Assembly: GCF_004010195.1 (NCBI RefSeq)
Contig: NC_057718.1
Span: 101,821,908 to 101,882,514 of the forward strand
Length of the DNA stretch: 60,607 nt
From: Chiloscyllium plagiosum
Taxonomy: Eukaryota
Direction: 5' to 3'
Notes under the pieces: generated by a model
What the model saw: only the letters and a program-made list of their open reading frames with translations
What the model was told of the DNA's origin: nothing
The model's database searches: none
Part shown: piece by piece, positions 27,354-39,787 of the stretch
How the letters are laid out: the number at the start of each line of letters is the position of its first letter
Numbering within the stretch: the first letter of the stretch is position 1
Position numbers and translations under genes: made by a program

Positions 27354-27579
27354 GTGAGGAGAAAGTGAGGTCTGCAGATGCTGGAGATCAGAGCTGAAAA
27401 TGTGTTGCTGGAAAAGCGCAGCAGGTCAGGCAGCATCCAGGGAACAGGAGAATCGACGTTTCGGGCATAAGCCCTTCTTCAGCCCTTCCTGAAGAAGGGC
27501 TTATGCCCGAAACGTCGATTCTCCTGTTCCCTGGATGCTGCCTGACCTGCTGCGCTTTTCCAGCAACACATTTTCAGCT
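27354..27579 (-). mobile_element. Penelope-derived hairpin element, family A
   Basis: Perfect 91-bp inverted arms 27392-27482/27489-27579 plus ~36-nt tail; TSD TACTATCAAGAACCT at 27339-27353 and 27579-27593. Confidence 0.9.
27455..27516. ncRNA. Back-to-back hammerhead motifs, one per strand
   Basis: CTGAAGA-A-GGGC-TTAT-GCCC-GAAA-CG-TC at 27489-27516 (+) and its mirror at 27455-27482 (-). Confidence 0.6.
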
Positions 27580-28573
27580 ACTATCAAGAACCTATCAAGG
27601 TTTACAGGGTGAAGGCAGGAGAATGGGATAGAAAAACATATCAGTCATGACTGAATAGTGGATCAGACTCAATGGGCCGAATGGCCTAATTCTGCTCCTA
27701 TACCTTATGACCTTACGTGGAAGTGAACTAATAATATTAAACTGTATGCAGATATTTAGCAAAGTTTATTCCTGAATCAACTGAGACTCAAAATGTGCTT
27801 TGAAAAGCTTCATTTGAGAGGTTTTTCCTCCCTTCATTTAAAGTTTACATTTTCCACATTAAAAACAAACTTATTTGGCCATAACATGCTTTATTCCCCC
27901 ACTGGTCTTTGTATCTTGGAGGTTTTCACATGAAGGATTCAACTTACAAAGGAGAGGACTTGGGTTGATAATAGTGACAAAATGTGACTCTGCATTGGTG
28001 AAAAATAAACCAAGGATGTGCAGTGCACATTTCCCAAGGTGCATCAGCAGAATTTACCTAACCAAACAGAATAACAGTTTCTAATAACTCTCTTTCTGGC
28101 TTTGTTACTACAAGTACTTCGAGAAAGCCATGTTTCAAATTTTAAAATTTAAAACAATGCAAAGGTTCTGCACATGAAATTAGATCATAAAAAGAGAGAG
28201 CCTACTGCAGCTTCTGTTTAGTATTTTAGTAGAAAGGGATACTATACCACATTCATAAATGTTATTTGTGACTTACATTAGGTAAAGACATGAAGGATAT
28301 AAAATCAAAACAGAATATAAAAAAGACAGAATGCATGGTTTTAAAGATGGAAACTAAATTACAATCACACCTGAATAAATTGTCCAAAACTTTCTAATCC
28401 TGCTTCAGATGTAGCTCACGTTTGATCAGATCTCTTTTTTAAATTTCACGAACAGTTTTACATTCACAGTTGGATTGTGCATGTGATGTAAATTCAGTAC
28501 AGTTTATTTCATTAGTGTATTGAAATATTTTTCCAATAACAAAAGGAGTATATACAAGCAAAACAGTACTTAC

Positions 28574-28639
28574 TCTAGCTTCATTTTGTTGAAGCTTCTC
28601 CTCCATACTTAAAGCTGTTGGAGAATCCAACAACGCAAT
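28574..28639 (-). CDS. KIF16B: KIF16B exon 11 (66 nt)
   Basis: ctttcag|IALLDSPTALSMEEKLQQNEAR|gtaagt. Confidence 0.95.
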
Positions 28640-29147
28640 CTGAAAGGAAAACATATTTGGCTGTGAGTAAACACATTTCATTACAAAACTAGACAACATG
28701 GTATTGAAACATTTCAGCTCTGTAGTGGAGAGATCTCATCAGCATCACCTGTACTGTTTTGGAGATGTGTTTTGCACAAGTTTTGTACTATTTTGTTGAA
28801 TTCTTGTTCAAATGAGAATGGCTGGAAGATAAGGTACATAGCATTTTAGCATTTTATAAATCACAAACTAGAAGCACAGTAAAGCACCCGCTACATGGCC
28901 TTTCTCAACTTTCTCTTATTTCAGATATCAGATCATAAACATCTACTGCATTACTGTGGATTTTTCACCCTTCTACATCAGTCAGTAGATAATGCAAATT
29001 GCAGATAAATTACAGCAGTTTAGGGTGCTGTGGATTTACATCCAATTTACAATTAACAAAAAAAAATTCTAAATAACAAGATACAATATCAAGGTCCCAA
29101 AACTAAACAGTATTCTGGTCAATGTTAATTAAATAATTTATTGATTT

Positions 29148-29812
29148 CTTTATTCATTCACGGAATGTGGGCGACGCTGACTAGGTCAGCATTTATTGCC
29201 CATTCCCATTTGATCAGTGGGAAGTTAAGAGTCAACTACAGTACTTAGAGTCTGGAGCCATACATATTGTCTAGCTATCACCTTTGTTAACAGCTAACCT
29301 GAGAATGCAACGTTTTAGAAAAAGGTTTTGTGATTTACACATGAAAGAAGTGAAACTATCATGATATTCTAACAGATGAAAGGCTTAACAGACAATCAAT
29401 TTTTCAATGTGTAATTTCAGTTACATCACACTGTAAAGTTTTGCTATATAGTCTGTGTGTTAGGATTGAGCCCTCCACTACCACCTGATGAAGGAGTGAC
29501 GCTCCGAGAGCTAGTGTGCTTCCAAATAAACCTGTTGGACTATAACCTGGTGTTGTGTGATTTTTAACTTTGTACACCCCAGTCCAACACCGGCATCTCC
29601 AAATCATACCAAAGACAGCAGTTTCCTTCCCTAAAGGGATTAATGATCCAGATGGATTTTCATTGACTATCAACATGTTATTAGAGACATGCTTCCAGAT
29701 TTTTATTGAATTCAAATTCCCCTATCTACCATGGCAGGATTCAAAACTAGGGTCTCCAAACATTACCTAGATCTCCGGATTAATAGTCTAGGTGATAACA
29801 CTATCACTAGTG
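29148..29812 (-). mobile_element. Second SINE family copy, interrupted by a Penelope family B repeat
   Basis: attcattcacggaatgtgggcgacgctg...gcatttattgccca; resumes at gcagtttccttccctaaag after 29606. Confidence 0.7.
29267..29606 (+). mobile_element. Penelope-like 3' terminal repeat, family B, inserted in a SINE
   Basis: Same terminus as the 7873 element; CAC-CTGATGA-AGGAG..CTCC-GAGA-GC-TA-GTG hammerhead-like motif near 29482-29515. Confidence 0.8.
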
Positions 29813-30094
29813 TTTAAATTTTTTAATTAGTTCAAAATGATTCAAAGTTAAAATTAAACATCAGTGGATAAAGTCCCTCTCCATTTCTCAGGACATTGCT
29901 TGGAAGTCTTTAATTAACCCAGGCACACATGTAGCTGCTATATCATGTAAGAAAGAACAGATAAAAATGCAAGTCACAAATCAATTTTGTCAAAGATGTC
30001 TATATTTTCATGACATCAGTTTCTATATGCTGGACCTTGAATAATGAAAAAGCAGAATATGACTAAAAAAGATAACAATTACATAATTCCGAGG

Positions 30095-30800
30095 TACGGG
30101 TGTTCTACTGAGCAGTCACAATAAGTTAGTATTACAGGTGCAGCAAGTGATTAAGGCTGCTAATGGAATAGTATATTTTTCCAGGAGAGCACTTGAACAT
30201 AAAAAAAAGATGTTATGCGTCAGCTTTGGAGGTGATTGGTCAGATCACATCTCAAATACAGTGCGCAGGTTATTTATGGAAAGGAAGCAAATACATTGGA
30301 GGTGGTCCTGAGGAGGTTGACTAGATTGAAACCTGGAACGAGCAGATCGTCTTATGGGGGTTAGGTTGGATGGGCTGGGATTGTTTCCACTGGAGTTTCG
30401 AAGAGTGGGGTGAGATTTGATTGAAGTGCTGATTAAAGTGCACAAAATCCTCAGTGGTCTTGACAACTGGATATCTAAAGGATGTATCATCTTGTGGGTC
30501 TGTCTAGAACTAGAAGAAGCCGTTTTAAAATTAGGGGTCACTGTTTCAGGAAAGAGGAGCAGCAAAACTGTTTTCCTGATGGTTGAGACACTCAGAACAC
30601 ACTACCTCAGAAGGCAGTGAATGAACGGATCATTAAATATTTTTAAGGCAGAAGAGGTCCATTGATTTTTTTTATTGCTTAATAAAAATCTGATGTGAAA
30701 TTCGAACACAAACATACCAGCCATGATCTTATTGGATGGTACAGGAGGCTCAAGGGTTCAAATGATCTATAGCTGCTCTGTTTAAACTATTCATATGTTT
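30095..30800 (+). mobile_element. Old CR1 LINE 3' fragment
   Basis: Colinear with the 8860-9485 copy. Confidence 0.7.
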
Positions 30801-31773
30801 GTATGTTTAACCAATTGTCCAATACAGAAATGTTATCTCAGAAATATTACAGCAGTCAATGCTTTGCAACCAAAAATATTACTTCCTTACTGTTTCAAAT
30901 GCAGTTTCATGAGATTAACAAAGTGCTTTGGATAGTTTGGATTGCATTGACACCAAAATTAAGAGAGAGAATATCATATAATAGGCATTTTATTAAAGAT
31001 TTTAAATTAAAGTCTCTAATAAGAAAGTAATATTTCACATTAAACCAGATAATCAATACAAGCTTCTTTTTTAAAAAAAAGGTCTGGTTAGTTTTAATGC
31101 AGTGAATTCTAGTTCACTGAAGAATCAGATAAACTAACTGAAAACAAAGTCCAGTTCTGAAGAAGTCGCATCAAAGTTGACAGGTTAACTGTCTGTCTCT
31201 CCGTCTTTTTCCACAAAACTGGGCCAGACCAGAGTTTCTCCAGCAGCTTTATTATTTTAGGTGGATTAAGTACACCTTAGCACCACAGACCTGCTGCATA
31301 TTACTGGACTCCTAATGCTAGCAGCTACACAGTTATGTTCCAAACACATTATTTTTAAATCTCACCCATAGGCTCAGCTAAAGCCATAAAAGAAAAACTT
31401 GGCTGCCACCTAGAGTTGAAACAATAAAATTGGAAATGTTTTTAAGAATTATTAATCATGATCAAGAGTGGATTTCATCCAAGAGAAAAGTTTCTTAATT
31501 AGGTTTATAATTCTACAAAGCTAAAATCAGCTCCATTAATTTCTTCCGGAAGGGTCATTACTGCAGCCCCATTATCCCTGCAACAATCCACAAAAAAGAA
31601 GCAACTTCTGTAAGCCAAACTCAATGAGTATAAATGATTTAGCCATTAGTTGTACAACTCAATTAGTCCTGGAGGTTACCACAATGTAATAAAGCAATTA
31701 AAAATGGTAACCAGGAGCCCTTTTCCCTCCAAAAATAAAAATGAATTACCAATTCAAAAGATTTAAAACTAAC

Positions 31774-31949
31774 CTGATTCCCCTGAGCAAGTAAAGCCTT
31801 CAGTCGTGCTATTTCAGCACGTAGCTCACGAATAAGTTTGACATTAGAATCTTCATTAATGGTAGGTTTGTTAATGATGTTTTTAGCTCTGTTTGCATAG
31901 CGAAGGGTACTCAATGTTTCTCCATAATTGACATCCGCAGGTGAAATGG
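31774..31949 (-). CDS. KIF16B: KIF16B exon 10 (176 nt), motor end and neck
   Basis: ttggtag|(T)[58 protein letters not shown]|gttagt. Confidence 0.97.
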
Positions 31950-32163
31950 CTACCAATAAAGGATAACAAAAAATAATAAAGTGTTGAATGAACACTTGTA
32001 TTCACCACATTTTTATATTAGACATACCTGAAAGAAAACAAAATTTGTGGCACAACCCGCATTGGACTGATATACCATTAGGTGTTTGCAAGGTTTGTGA
32101 AGGTTTGTAGCTCAGGTTGAGGTTTAGCATGTAGGTTTGCTCGCTGAGCTGTAGGTTTGTTAT

Positions 32164-32203
32164 CCAGACGTTTCATTACATGGCTAGGTAACATCATCAG
32201 TGG
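32164..32203 (-). ncRNA. Minimal type-I hammerhead ribozyme motif (sense in KIF16B pre-mRNA)
   Basis: CCA-CTGATGA-TGTTACC-TAGCCA-TGTAAT-GAAA-CG-TC-TGG: complete core, 3-bp stem I, near-absent stem III as in Penelope-element hammerheads; activity untested. Confidence 0.65.
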
Positions 32204-32825
32204 CGACCTCCAAGTGAAGCGAAGCTGTTGTCTCCTGCTTTCTATTTATATCTTTCTCCTGGATGGGGTTCCTGGGGTTTGTGGTGATGTCATTTCCTGT
32301 TTGTTTTCCGAGAGGTTGATAGATGGTATCTAGATCTATGTGCTTGTTTATGGCGTTGTGGTTGGAGTGCCAGGCCTCTGGGAATTCTCTGGCATGTCTT
32401 TGCTTAGCCTGTCCCAGGATAGATGTGTTGTCCCAGTCGAAATGGTGGGTTTTTTTCCTCCGTGAGTAGGGCTACGAGGGAGAGAGGGTCGTGTCTTTTT
32501 GTGGCTAACTGGTGTTCGTGTATCCTGGTGGCTAACTTCCTTCCTGTTTGCCCTCGTAGCCCTACACACGGAGGAAAAAAACACCATTTCAATTGGGACA
32601 ACACATCTATCATGGGACAGGCTAAGCAAAGACATGCCAGAGAATTCCTAGAGGCCTGACACTCCAACCACAACGCCATAAACAAACACATAGATCTAGA
32701 AACCATCTATCAACCCCTCAGAAAACGAACAGGAAATGACATCACCACAAACCCCAGGAACCCCATCCCGGACAAACATATAAATAGAAAGCAGGAGACA
32801 ACAGCTTCGCTTCACTTGGAGGTTT

Positions 32826-32865
32826 CCACTGATGATGTTACCTCGCTAGGTAATGAAAAGTCTGG
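32826..32865 (+). ncRNA. Minimal type-I hammerhead ribozyme motif
   Basis: CCA-CTGATGA-TGTTACC-TCGCTA-GGTAAT-GAAA-AG-TC-TGG. Confidence 0.6.
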
Positions 32866-34005
32866 ATATCAAACCTACAGCTCAGCGAGCAAACCTACAC
32901 CCTACAACATTCGGTGTGGACTGACATAACATGAAGGTGAATTTCACAACCAGTGGCAAAACAATGGTGGTTGCCACTGACCTCGATGATATCTAAATGT
33001 CCTCCAGTAGTGTGGATTTGTCCTTTGTTGACCTCAAGGGCTTCATGAATCTCATGTATTGTCACACACTGGCCACTTCCATTACGAAGTTAAACTAACT
33101 GGCAAACTGAATGCAGAGAAAGCCTTAAATTTTTAACAATAAAAAATAGCCCCGGTATGGAACAGGTTACATGCAGGAGAATTCAAAGCAAGTTAGATCT
33201 TGCAATCAGGATGGCATCTATAACTTCAAAATAATGGTCAAGACATGCACTAGTGTCTCTGATCTATGCAAGAGATGTCAACACAAGAACAAACCATTAA
33301 ATTTCCAGACACCAATGAAATGAGCATGGGGGAAATGACTGGTATTGTGTTGTATGGTTTCGATCTATTATACTACAGCAAGACAAAGATGAATTGCAAT
33401 TTAACACTCAAACAAATACAAAATTTTCTAACATCTGTGTATACTTCTATAGCGCCATTAAGGCTCTTTAGAGGAGCCATGTCAAGCACTGTCTGACATT
33501 GAGCTTCTGAGGCAATATTATTAGGTTTGGTAACAAAAGTTTGGTCAGAAAAGCAGATTTTGAGGAATGTTTGGCATGGAGAGTGAGAGAAAAAATAATA
33601 CTGGGATAGATAGGTAGTACAGTTAAACCATATGCAAAGTAAGTCATCCTGAGGTTTTACAATCACTAGTTTGTGCAGATTTGGAGATGAGAAATTCTGG
33701 TTGATACACTCTTGGGCATTAGAGAAAGGGGTACTGGATAGTCATCTAAATTGTTGTACCCAAATACATAGTGGATCAGTCATCAAACATCAGAAAAATT
33801 AAAGTTGTATCTGAAAGGTGTCTTACAGATTCTTTGATTATCCCTTAGCAAAATGTCCCACTGCATTTCACAGTGTAAAAAGCAATATATAAATAGAAGT
33901 CATTATTATTCAACAGTATAAGTAAGATTAACCTGGAAAAAAAATTCAAGGTAGTCAAATTAGTAAGCCTTGGGACCAGGGAAGGGTAATGCTCAAGAAG
34001 TCCTT

Positions 34006-34108
34006 GATGTGGAGGTGACTTCACCTGACGAGGGGGCTATGCTCTGAAAGCTTGTGATTTCAAATAAACCTATAGGACTATAACCTGTTTTCGTGTGACT
34101 TCTGACTT
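34006..34108. mobile_element. ~100-bp family B Penelope remnant with a hammerhead motif
   Basis: 10-bp TSD AGAAGTCCTT at 33996-34005 and 34109-34118; TCAC-CTGACGA...GAAA-GC-TT-GTGA. Confidence 0.75.
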
Positions 34109-34788
34109 AGAAGTCCTTAGCAGGGAAATTTGAATATGTAATATGATAAAAAGTGGAGTGAAAGTTGTTAAGGAAATTGCATTTGCTGTTGAATATTAAG
34201 CTAGGTCGGTTAAAGTTCTAGACACTAGCCTTAACTTGCATTTTTTTGACCCCTTGGTTGCTTAACAATTGATCTCACGTAGAGCACCAGATATTAAGAT
34301 AATGTTCAAAGTTGGCAGAACAACAGTCAAAACTAAAAGAAAAATGTATTTGTTGATTTGGAAATTAAATCACTCCGTACAAGGGACTCCCATTACACTT
34401 CCGTAAAATACAAAATGTTTTCTAGAGTTCCCACTCAATGCTTCCTTATTTATACAATTGTTTTGTTTAACATCCCACCCACCCTGGAGAGATATCATTT
34501 GAGCTAGGCCTGTTCAAGGTTAGACATGCATCAAGAATGAGTTCACAAACATATCAAAAATCAATATCTGGAACCAATCTAAATCCTTCTCTGAAGGTAG
34601 ATATATTGAGTAAAATTGGCATGGACAGACCTCAGCTAACTCGCAACTGGTTGTATTATTCGGTGTCATACAATTAGTAACAACTTTTATTTTTAAAGCA
34701 GGCGATGTTTGGAGTAACTAATAAGCTTAACAATACAATAAATATGTTGACCTTGAAATTGCAAGCATTATAAAAACAAAAATCTTAC

Positions 34789-34920
34789 TGGCAATCATAA
34801 TGGTTTTGGAGTTTCCACCAAGGCTGTCTTTCAATAACCAAGTCAAAACTGAATCTCTGTAAGGCACAAACACTTGTTTCTTCTTTGCTTGAGAATTTGT
34901 CCTATCCTGAGACAAATCAG
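34789..34920 (-). CDS. KIF16B: KIF16B exon 9 (132 nt), loop 12/K-loop
   Basis: tttacag|(A)[43 protein letters not shown]|gtaaga; lies within ORF 34727..34978. Confidence 0.97.
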
Positions 34921-35037
34921 CTGTAAAAACAGAAAGCAATAAAAGTTCAAACCCATGGCAGTCAGTTACTTTTAACAATTTTTAAATTGTTTCAAGATTA
35001 TAAGCAGTTCAAGAAAAACTGGAATAAAAGATCTTAC

Positions 35038-35206
35038 CCAAAGCAGATATAACATTTCCCAATGTGACTAAAGACTTATTAATATTCCCTCCTTCTTTCA
35101 ATCGTACGCCAGTGGCACCTGTAGCATCTGCTCTTTCACTTCCTGCAAGATCGACCAAGTGGATCTTGCTAATTGTTTCACAAGGCATTTCAGCATCAAA
35201 TTTGGC
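35038..35206 (-). CDS. KIF16B: KIF16B exon 8 (169 nt), switch II
   Basis: atcctag|[56 protein letters not shown]|gtaaga. Confidence 0.97.
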
Positions 35207-36849
35207 CTAGGATTTCAATTAAGAAAGTAAATCAGCACCCATCACAATGACTCTCTTTAAGACGCACAGTAAAAGATATGAGTGTAAAGGAAATGTAATG
35301 AAAATTACAACTGTTTTCCCTCACCCATGCATCAGACTGGAAGTGGAGATGTCCAAGACACTGGGTTAAGTCAACTGTTATGGGAAATTATCAAGACATG
35401 TTCAGAGCACTAATTAGCTTATAAACGGTTAAAGTGCTAACAGATGAGAGAGCCGGGTAAAATAAGAAAGCAAGCTTGCTGGCATGCCTTCTTGAAGATT
35501 TAATTACTTCACGTACAAGGTACATAAAATGGACAGATGAGGAAATGGAGTGTACTGGCTCTTAAATTTGCTGTTGGCAGTTTCAGCAAATGCACAAAGA
35601 AAAAAAATTGATAGATATTGTGCAATCTGTCAGGTACTGGGCACTAGAAACGGCCAGATAGACCTCAGTTAGTTTTTCCAGTTTATAGATTCCAATATAC
35701 TAGTGCTTTGTAATTTAAAAATGGGAGCAGACCAATAGATCCCTGTTTATTAGAAATACTCCAGTTATAAATAAGTCTATATACTTATGCCTCCGATCTG
35801 TAGTCTGCTTTAATGACATTCTCTGCCATTACAGCCAGTCAAGACATCATGGCACCCCACACAATTTCAAGTGGCAAGCGTTGTAATGAACGAGTAATTA
35901 TTAAACTAAATCTGCAATATCAAGCAAAGCTTGCAGGAACTACGGTTAATGTGCAAAATAATTTGAATGTGTCAGAGGAAAACCCCACCCTACAACAACA
36001 ACAATTACGCCCTATAATGACTACAGAATTCAAACTAGTTATGAACAGAAACTAAATCTAGCTCACATTCTTTAAGGCAGCCTGCAAGTCTTTCCAGAAA
36101 AGGGATTTAAATGATTGTGATTACACTATTTCTTCATGAGAGATATTTATTAAACAATTTTTTTTAATATAAAGAATCTGAGAAAATGATATGTCTCATT
36201 AAATAGGAATAACTTGTGTACAGTGCTAATACAGAAAACATACTAGGTATCTCAGAAATTTAACTCCTGCACAAGCGAAGGACAGAACACTTTTAAAATG
36301 TCTAAAGCAGGGAGTAATAGGCAGTTGTACAGTAATGCGGTTAATCATATCATTTGGGCCTGATACCCTTTATTTTTGAAACAAAGGGTAAAGGAAGAAA
36401 ATGCAGACTTCATGACAATTTTGAAAATGTTTAACCAAATGAACCTTTTCCATTTTAAACAGCACGGGAAGAGTTAAGATCAAAACAATAGACACAATAA
36501 GCTCTAAAAGATGACACTGACTGAAAACTGTTTGGAAGGTAGCTTCGCAACTTAACAATGCTTATTAGAATTAAATTTGGTTAAGTCACTCTTCAAAATG
36601 TTGAATGAGCAACCAGGTGAGTTCAACTTACAATTTGCCCTTAGGAAATTCCAGCAAATGTCACATGTGCAATACTAATCACCATAAAGCATGATAGAAA
36701 TGCTTTTGTCTTCCAACTTCATTAATGAAACCTACAATACTTAGCTCTCGTTAATGTCTCAAGAGTAACAACTGACACAGTTATTCCTTCAGGCTGACAA
36801 GATATTTGATAAAAGTGAATCCATTAAAGGTTGTTTTCAGATGACTCAC

Positions 36850-36992
36850 TTGAGTGAAGTTGATGGTGAAAATGGCATGGGAACGACTGCTGACATCATT
36901 CATCCCTGTGGCAGCAGTTGTTCGATTGATGTTTCCAGCTTCCATGAGTTCTTCCACATCGCTGTAATTCTGCACCAAATGCTTTGATAAAT
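36850..36992 (-). CDS. KIF16B: KIF16B exon 7 (143 nt), switch I
   Basis: catttag|(D)[47 protein letters not shown]|gtgagt; lies within ORF 36781..37002. Confidence 0.97.
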
Positions 36993-37740
36993 CTAAATGC
37001 ATAAGACAAGGATGCTTATAAAATAAATGCAGTATAAAAAGACATTCATAAGTCCAAGTTTAATAAACTCAGTCTGATCAATTCAAATCCTTGTATAGAA
37101 CAGAACAGGTTATGTGCATTACAGCAAATTGTAAAAGATGACTGTAAAGGCAGCCAGTTGGCCCACGTTTTGAAAAGAAAAACTATTGTTAATACCCAGT
37201 AAATTGTTCTCAATCCAACAAGTCTTTTATTCTAAGCACATATCTAAAAGCGACTATTGAATCCATTCTTGCCACCATACCAAGGTGCGCATTCCAGATC
37301 ACAGGAACGGATTGCCTTCCTCACCTCGCCGAAGGCTTTTTTTGCTAATTACCTCAGAGGTTGGTTCAATGCCAGAGGAAACAACTTCATCTTATTTATT
37401 CTATGATGAATGAATTAAATTAACAACTTAAAACTAATTTATATAAACTACAGTGGTCAATTGATCGGTCTTACGCTGGGGTTGCATTCACCAGCAATAA
37501 TATTCAGTGCCTCTCTATTAAACTATTTCTAAAAATAATACCGGGCTTATTCCCACTGAGTTGCTGAGAGAGAGTCAAGTACAGGCTGACCGACATATCT
37601 ATGGGTCCGATTTCTGCGGTTTACCGGGTTATTACAGGGAATATTCCAGAACCAGGGACTGGGGGCAGCCGTGAAGGTAAGTTTTCCATTTAAATGAATG
37701 GGTTCATGGCATTCTGCGGTTTCGGGCTTCCGCGATAGGT

Positions 37741-39787
37741 CATAGAATCATAGAGATGTGCAGCATGGAAACAGACCCTTCGGTCCAACCCGTCCATGCC
37801 GATCAGATACCCCAGCCCAATCTAGTCCCACCTGCCAGCACCCGGCCCATATCCCTCCACACCCTTCCTATTCATATACCCAGCCAGATGCCTTTTAAAT
37901 GTTGCAATTGTACCAGCCTTCACCACTTCCTCTGGCATTCATTCCATACACGTACCATCCTCTGCGTGAAAAAGCTGCCCCGTAGATCTCTTTTATATCT
38001 TTCCCCTCTCGCCCTAAACTTAGTTCTGGATTTCCCCACCCCAGGGAAAAGACTGTCTATTTATCTATCCATGCCCCTCATGATTTTATAAACCTCTAGA
38101 AGGTGACCCCACATCCTCCGACACTCCAGAGAAAAAAGCCCTAGCCTATTTAACTTCTCCCTATAGCTCAAATCCTCCAACACTGGCAACATCCTTGTAA
38201 ATCTTTTCTGAACCCTTTCAAGTTTAACAACATCTTTCCGATAGGAAGGAGACCAGAATTGCACGCAACATCCCAACAGTAGCCTGACCAATGTCCTGTA
38301 CAGACACAACATGACTTCCTAACTCCTGTACTCAATTTTCTGACCAATAAAGGAAAGCATACCAAACACCACCTTCACTATCCTATCTACCTGCAACTCC
38401 ACTTTCAAGGAGCTATGAATCTGCACTCCAAGGTCTCTTTGTGCAGCAACACTCCCTAAGACCTGACCATTAAGTGTATAAGTCCTGCTGAGATTTGCTT
38501 TAACAAAATACCACACCTCACATTTATCTAAATTAAACTCCATCTGCCACTCCTCAGCCCAAATGATTAAGATCCCGTTGTAATCAGAGGTAACCTTGTT
38601 CACTGTCCAGTACACCTCCAATTTTGGTGTCATCTGCACTTACTAACTATACCTCTTATGCTCACATCCAAATCGTTTATACAAATGATGAAAAGTCGTG
38701 GCACTCCACTGGTCACAGGCCTCCAGTCTGAAAACAACCCTCCACCACTACCTTCTGTCTCCTACCATCGAGCCAGTTCTGTATTCCATGAGAACTAACC
38801 TTGCTAACCAGTCTCCCATGGGGAACCTTGTGGAATGCCTAACAGAAGTCCATATAGATCACATCTATCGCTCTCCCCTCATCAATCCCCTTTGTTACTT
38901 CTTCAAAAAACTCAATCAAGTTCATGAGACATGATTTCCTACATACAAAGCCATATTGGCTATCCCTAATCAGTCCTTGCCTTTCCAAATACATGTCCAT
39001 CCTGTCCCTCAGGATTCCCTCCAACACGGGGTGGCATGGTGGCTCAGTGGTTAGCACTGCTGCCTCACAGCACCAGGGTCCCAGGTTCAATGTCAGCCTC
39101 AGATGACTGTCTGTGTGGAGTTTGCACATTCTCCCAGTGTCTGCTTGGGTTTCCTCCGGGTGCTCCGGTTTCCTCCCACAGTCACAAAGATGTGCAGGTT
39201 AGGTGAATTAGCCATGCTAAATTGCCCATAGTGTTAGGTGCATTAGTCAGAGGGAAATGGGTCTAGATGGGTTACTCTTCGGAGGGCCAGTGTGGACTGA
39301 TTGGGCCGGATGGCTTGTTTCCACACTGTAGGGAATCTAATCTAAAAAACAATTTGCTTATTGGTATGTAGTTCCCTGGCTTGTCCTTACCATCCTTCTT
39401 AAACAGTGGCACCACGTTATCCAACCTCTAGTTCTCCGGCACCTCACCTGTGACTATTGATGATACAAATATCTCAGTAAGAGGCCCAGCAATTGCTTCC
39501 CTAGCTTCCCACAGAGTTCTAGAGTACACCTGATCAGGTCCTGGGGATTTATCCACTTTTTATGTGTTTCAAGACATTCAGCACTTCCTCCTCTGTAATA
39601 TGGACATTTTTCAAGATGTCACCATCCATTTCCCTACATTCTGTATCTTCCTTGTCCTTTTCCACAGTAAAGACTGATGCAAAATACTCATTTAGTCTCT
39701 CCCCCATCTCCTGCGGCTCCACACAAAGGCCACCTTGCTGATCTTTGAGGGACCCTATTCTTTGCCTAGTTACCCTTTTGTCCTTAT
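37741..39787 (-). mobile_element. CR1-clade LINE (HER1-like), 5'-truncated ORF2 RT and 3' end
   Basis: LIRDSQYGF..SCLMNLIEFFEEVT..DVIYMDF, ADDTKIGG, YRTLVR..CVQFWSP; 3' terminal ctatgattctatg repeat; frameshifted. Confidence 0.92.
39028..39346 (+). mobile_element. HE1-type V-SINE inserted in a CR1 LINE
   Basis: Full head and tail; interrupts the CR1 RT coding sequence. Confidence 0.92.

Larger units (their letters stand above)
27205..27715 (+). mobile_element. CR1 LINE 3' fragment (interrupted at 27354-27579)
   Basis: aggaatttctttagccagagtgtggtgaatct ... gggccgaatggcctaattctgctcctat. Confidence 0.85.
32086..32907 (-). mobile_element. Penelope-like (Poseidon/Penelope-type) 3' fragment with ~350-bp inverted duplication
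   Basis: Arms 32130-32480 and 32551-32899; GQTGRKLATRIHEH...AREFLEA endonuclease remnant; hammerhead motif in each arm; imperfect TSD CATTAGGTGT/CATTCGGTGT. Confidence 0.88.

Noticed and set aside
27354..27579. Hairpins as DNA-transposon MITEs or microRNA genes
   Set aside because: Asymmetric tail, variable 10-16 bp TSDs and identity to the Penelope 3' end point to retrotransposition; no miRNA evidence from sequence alone
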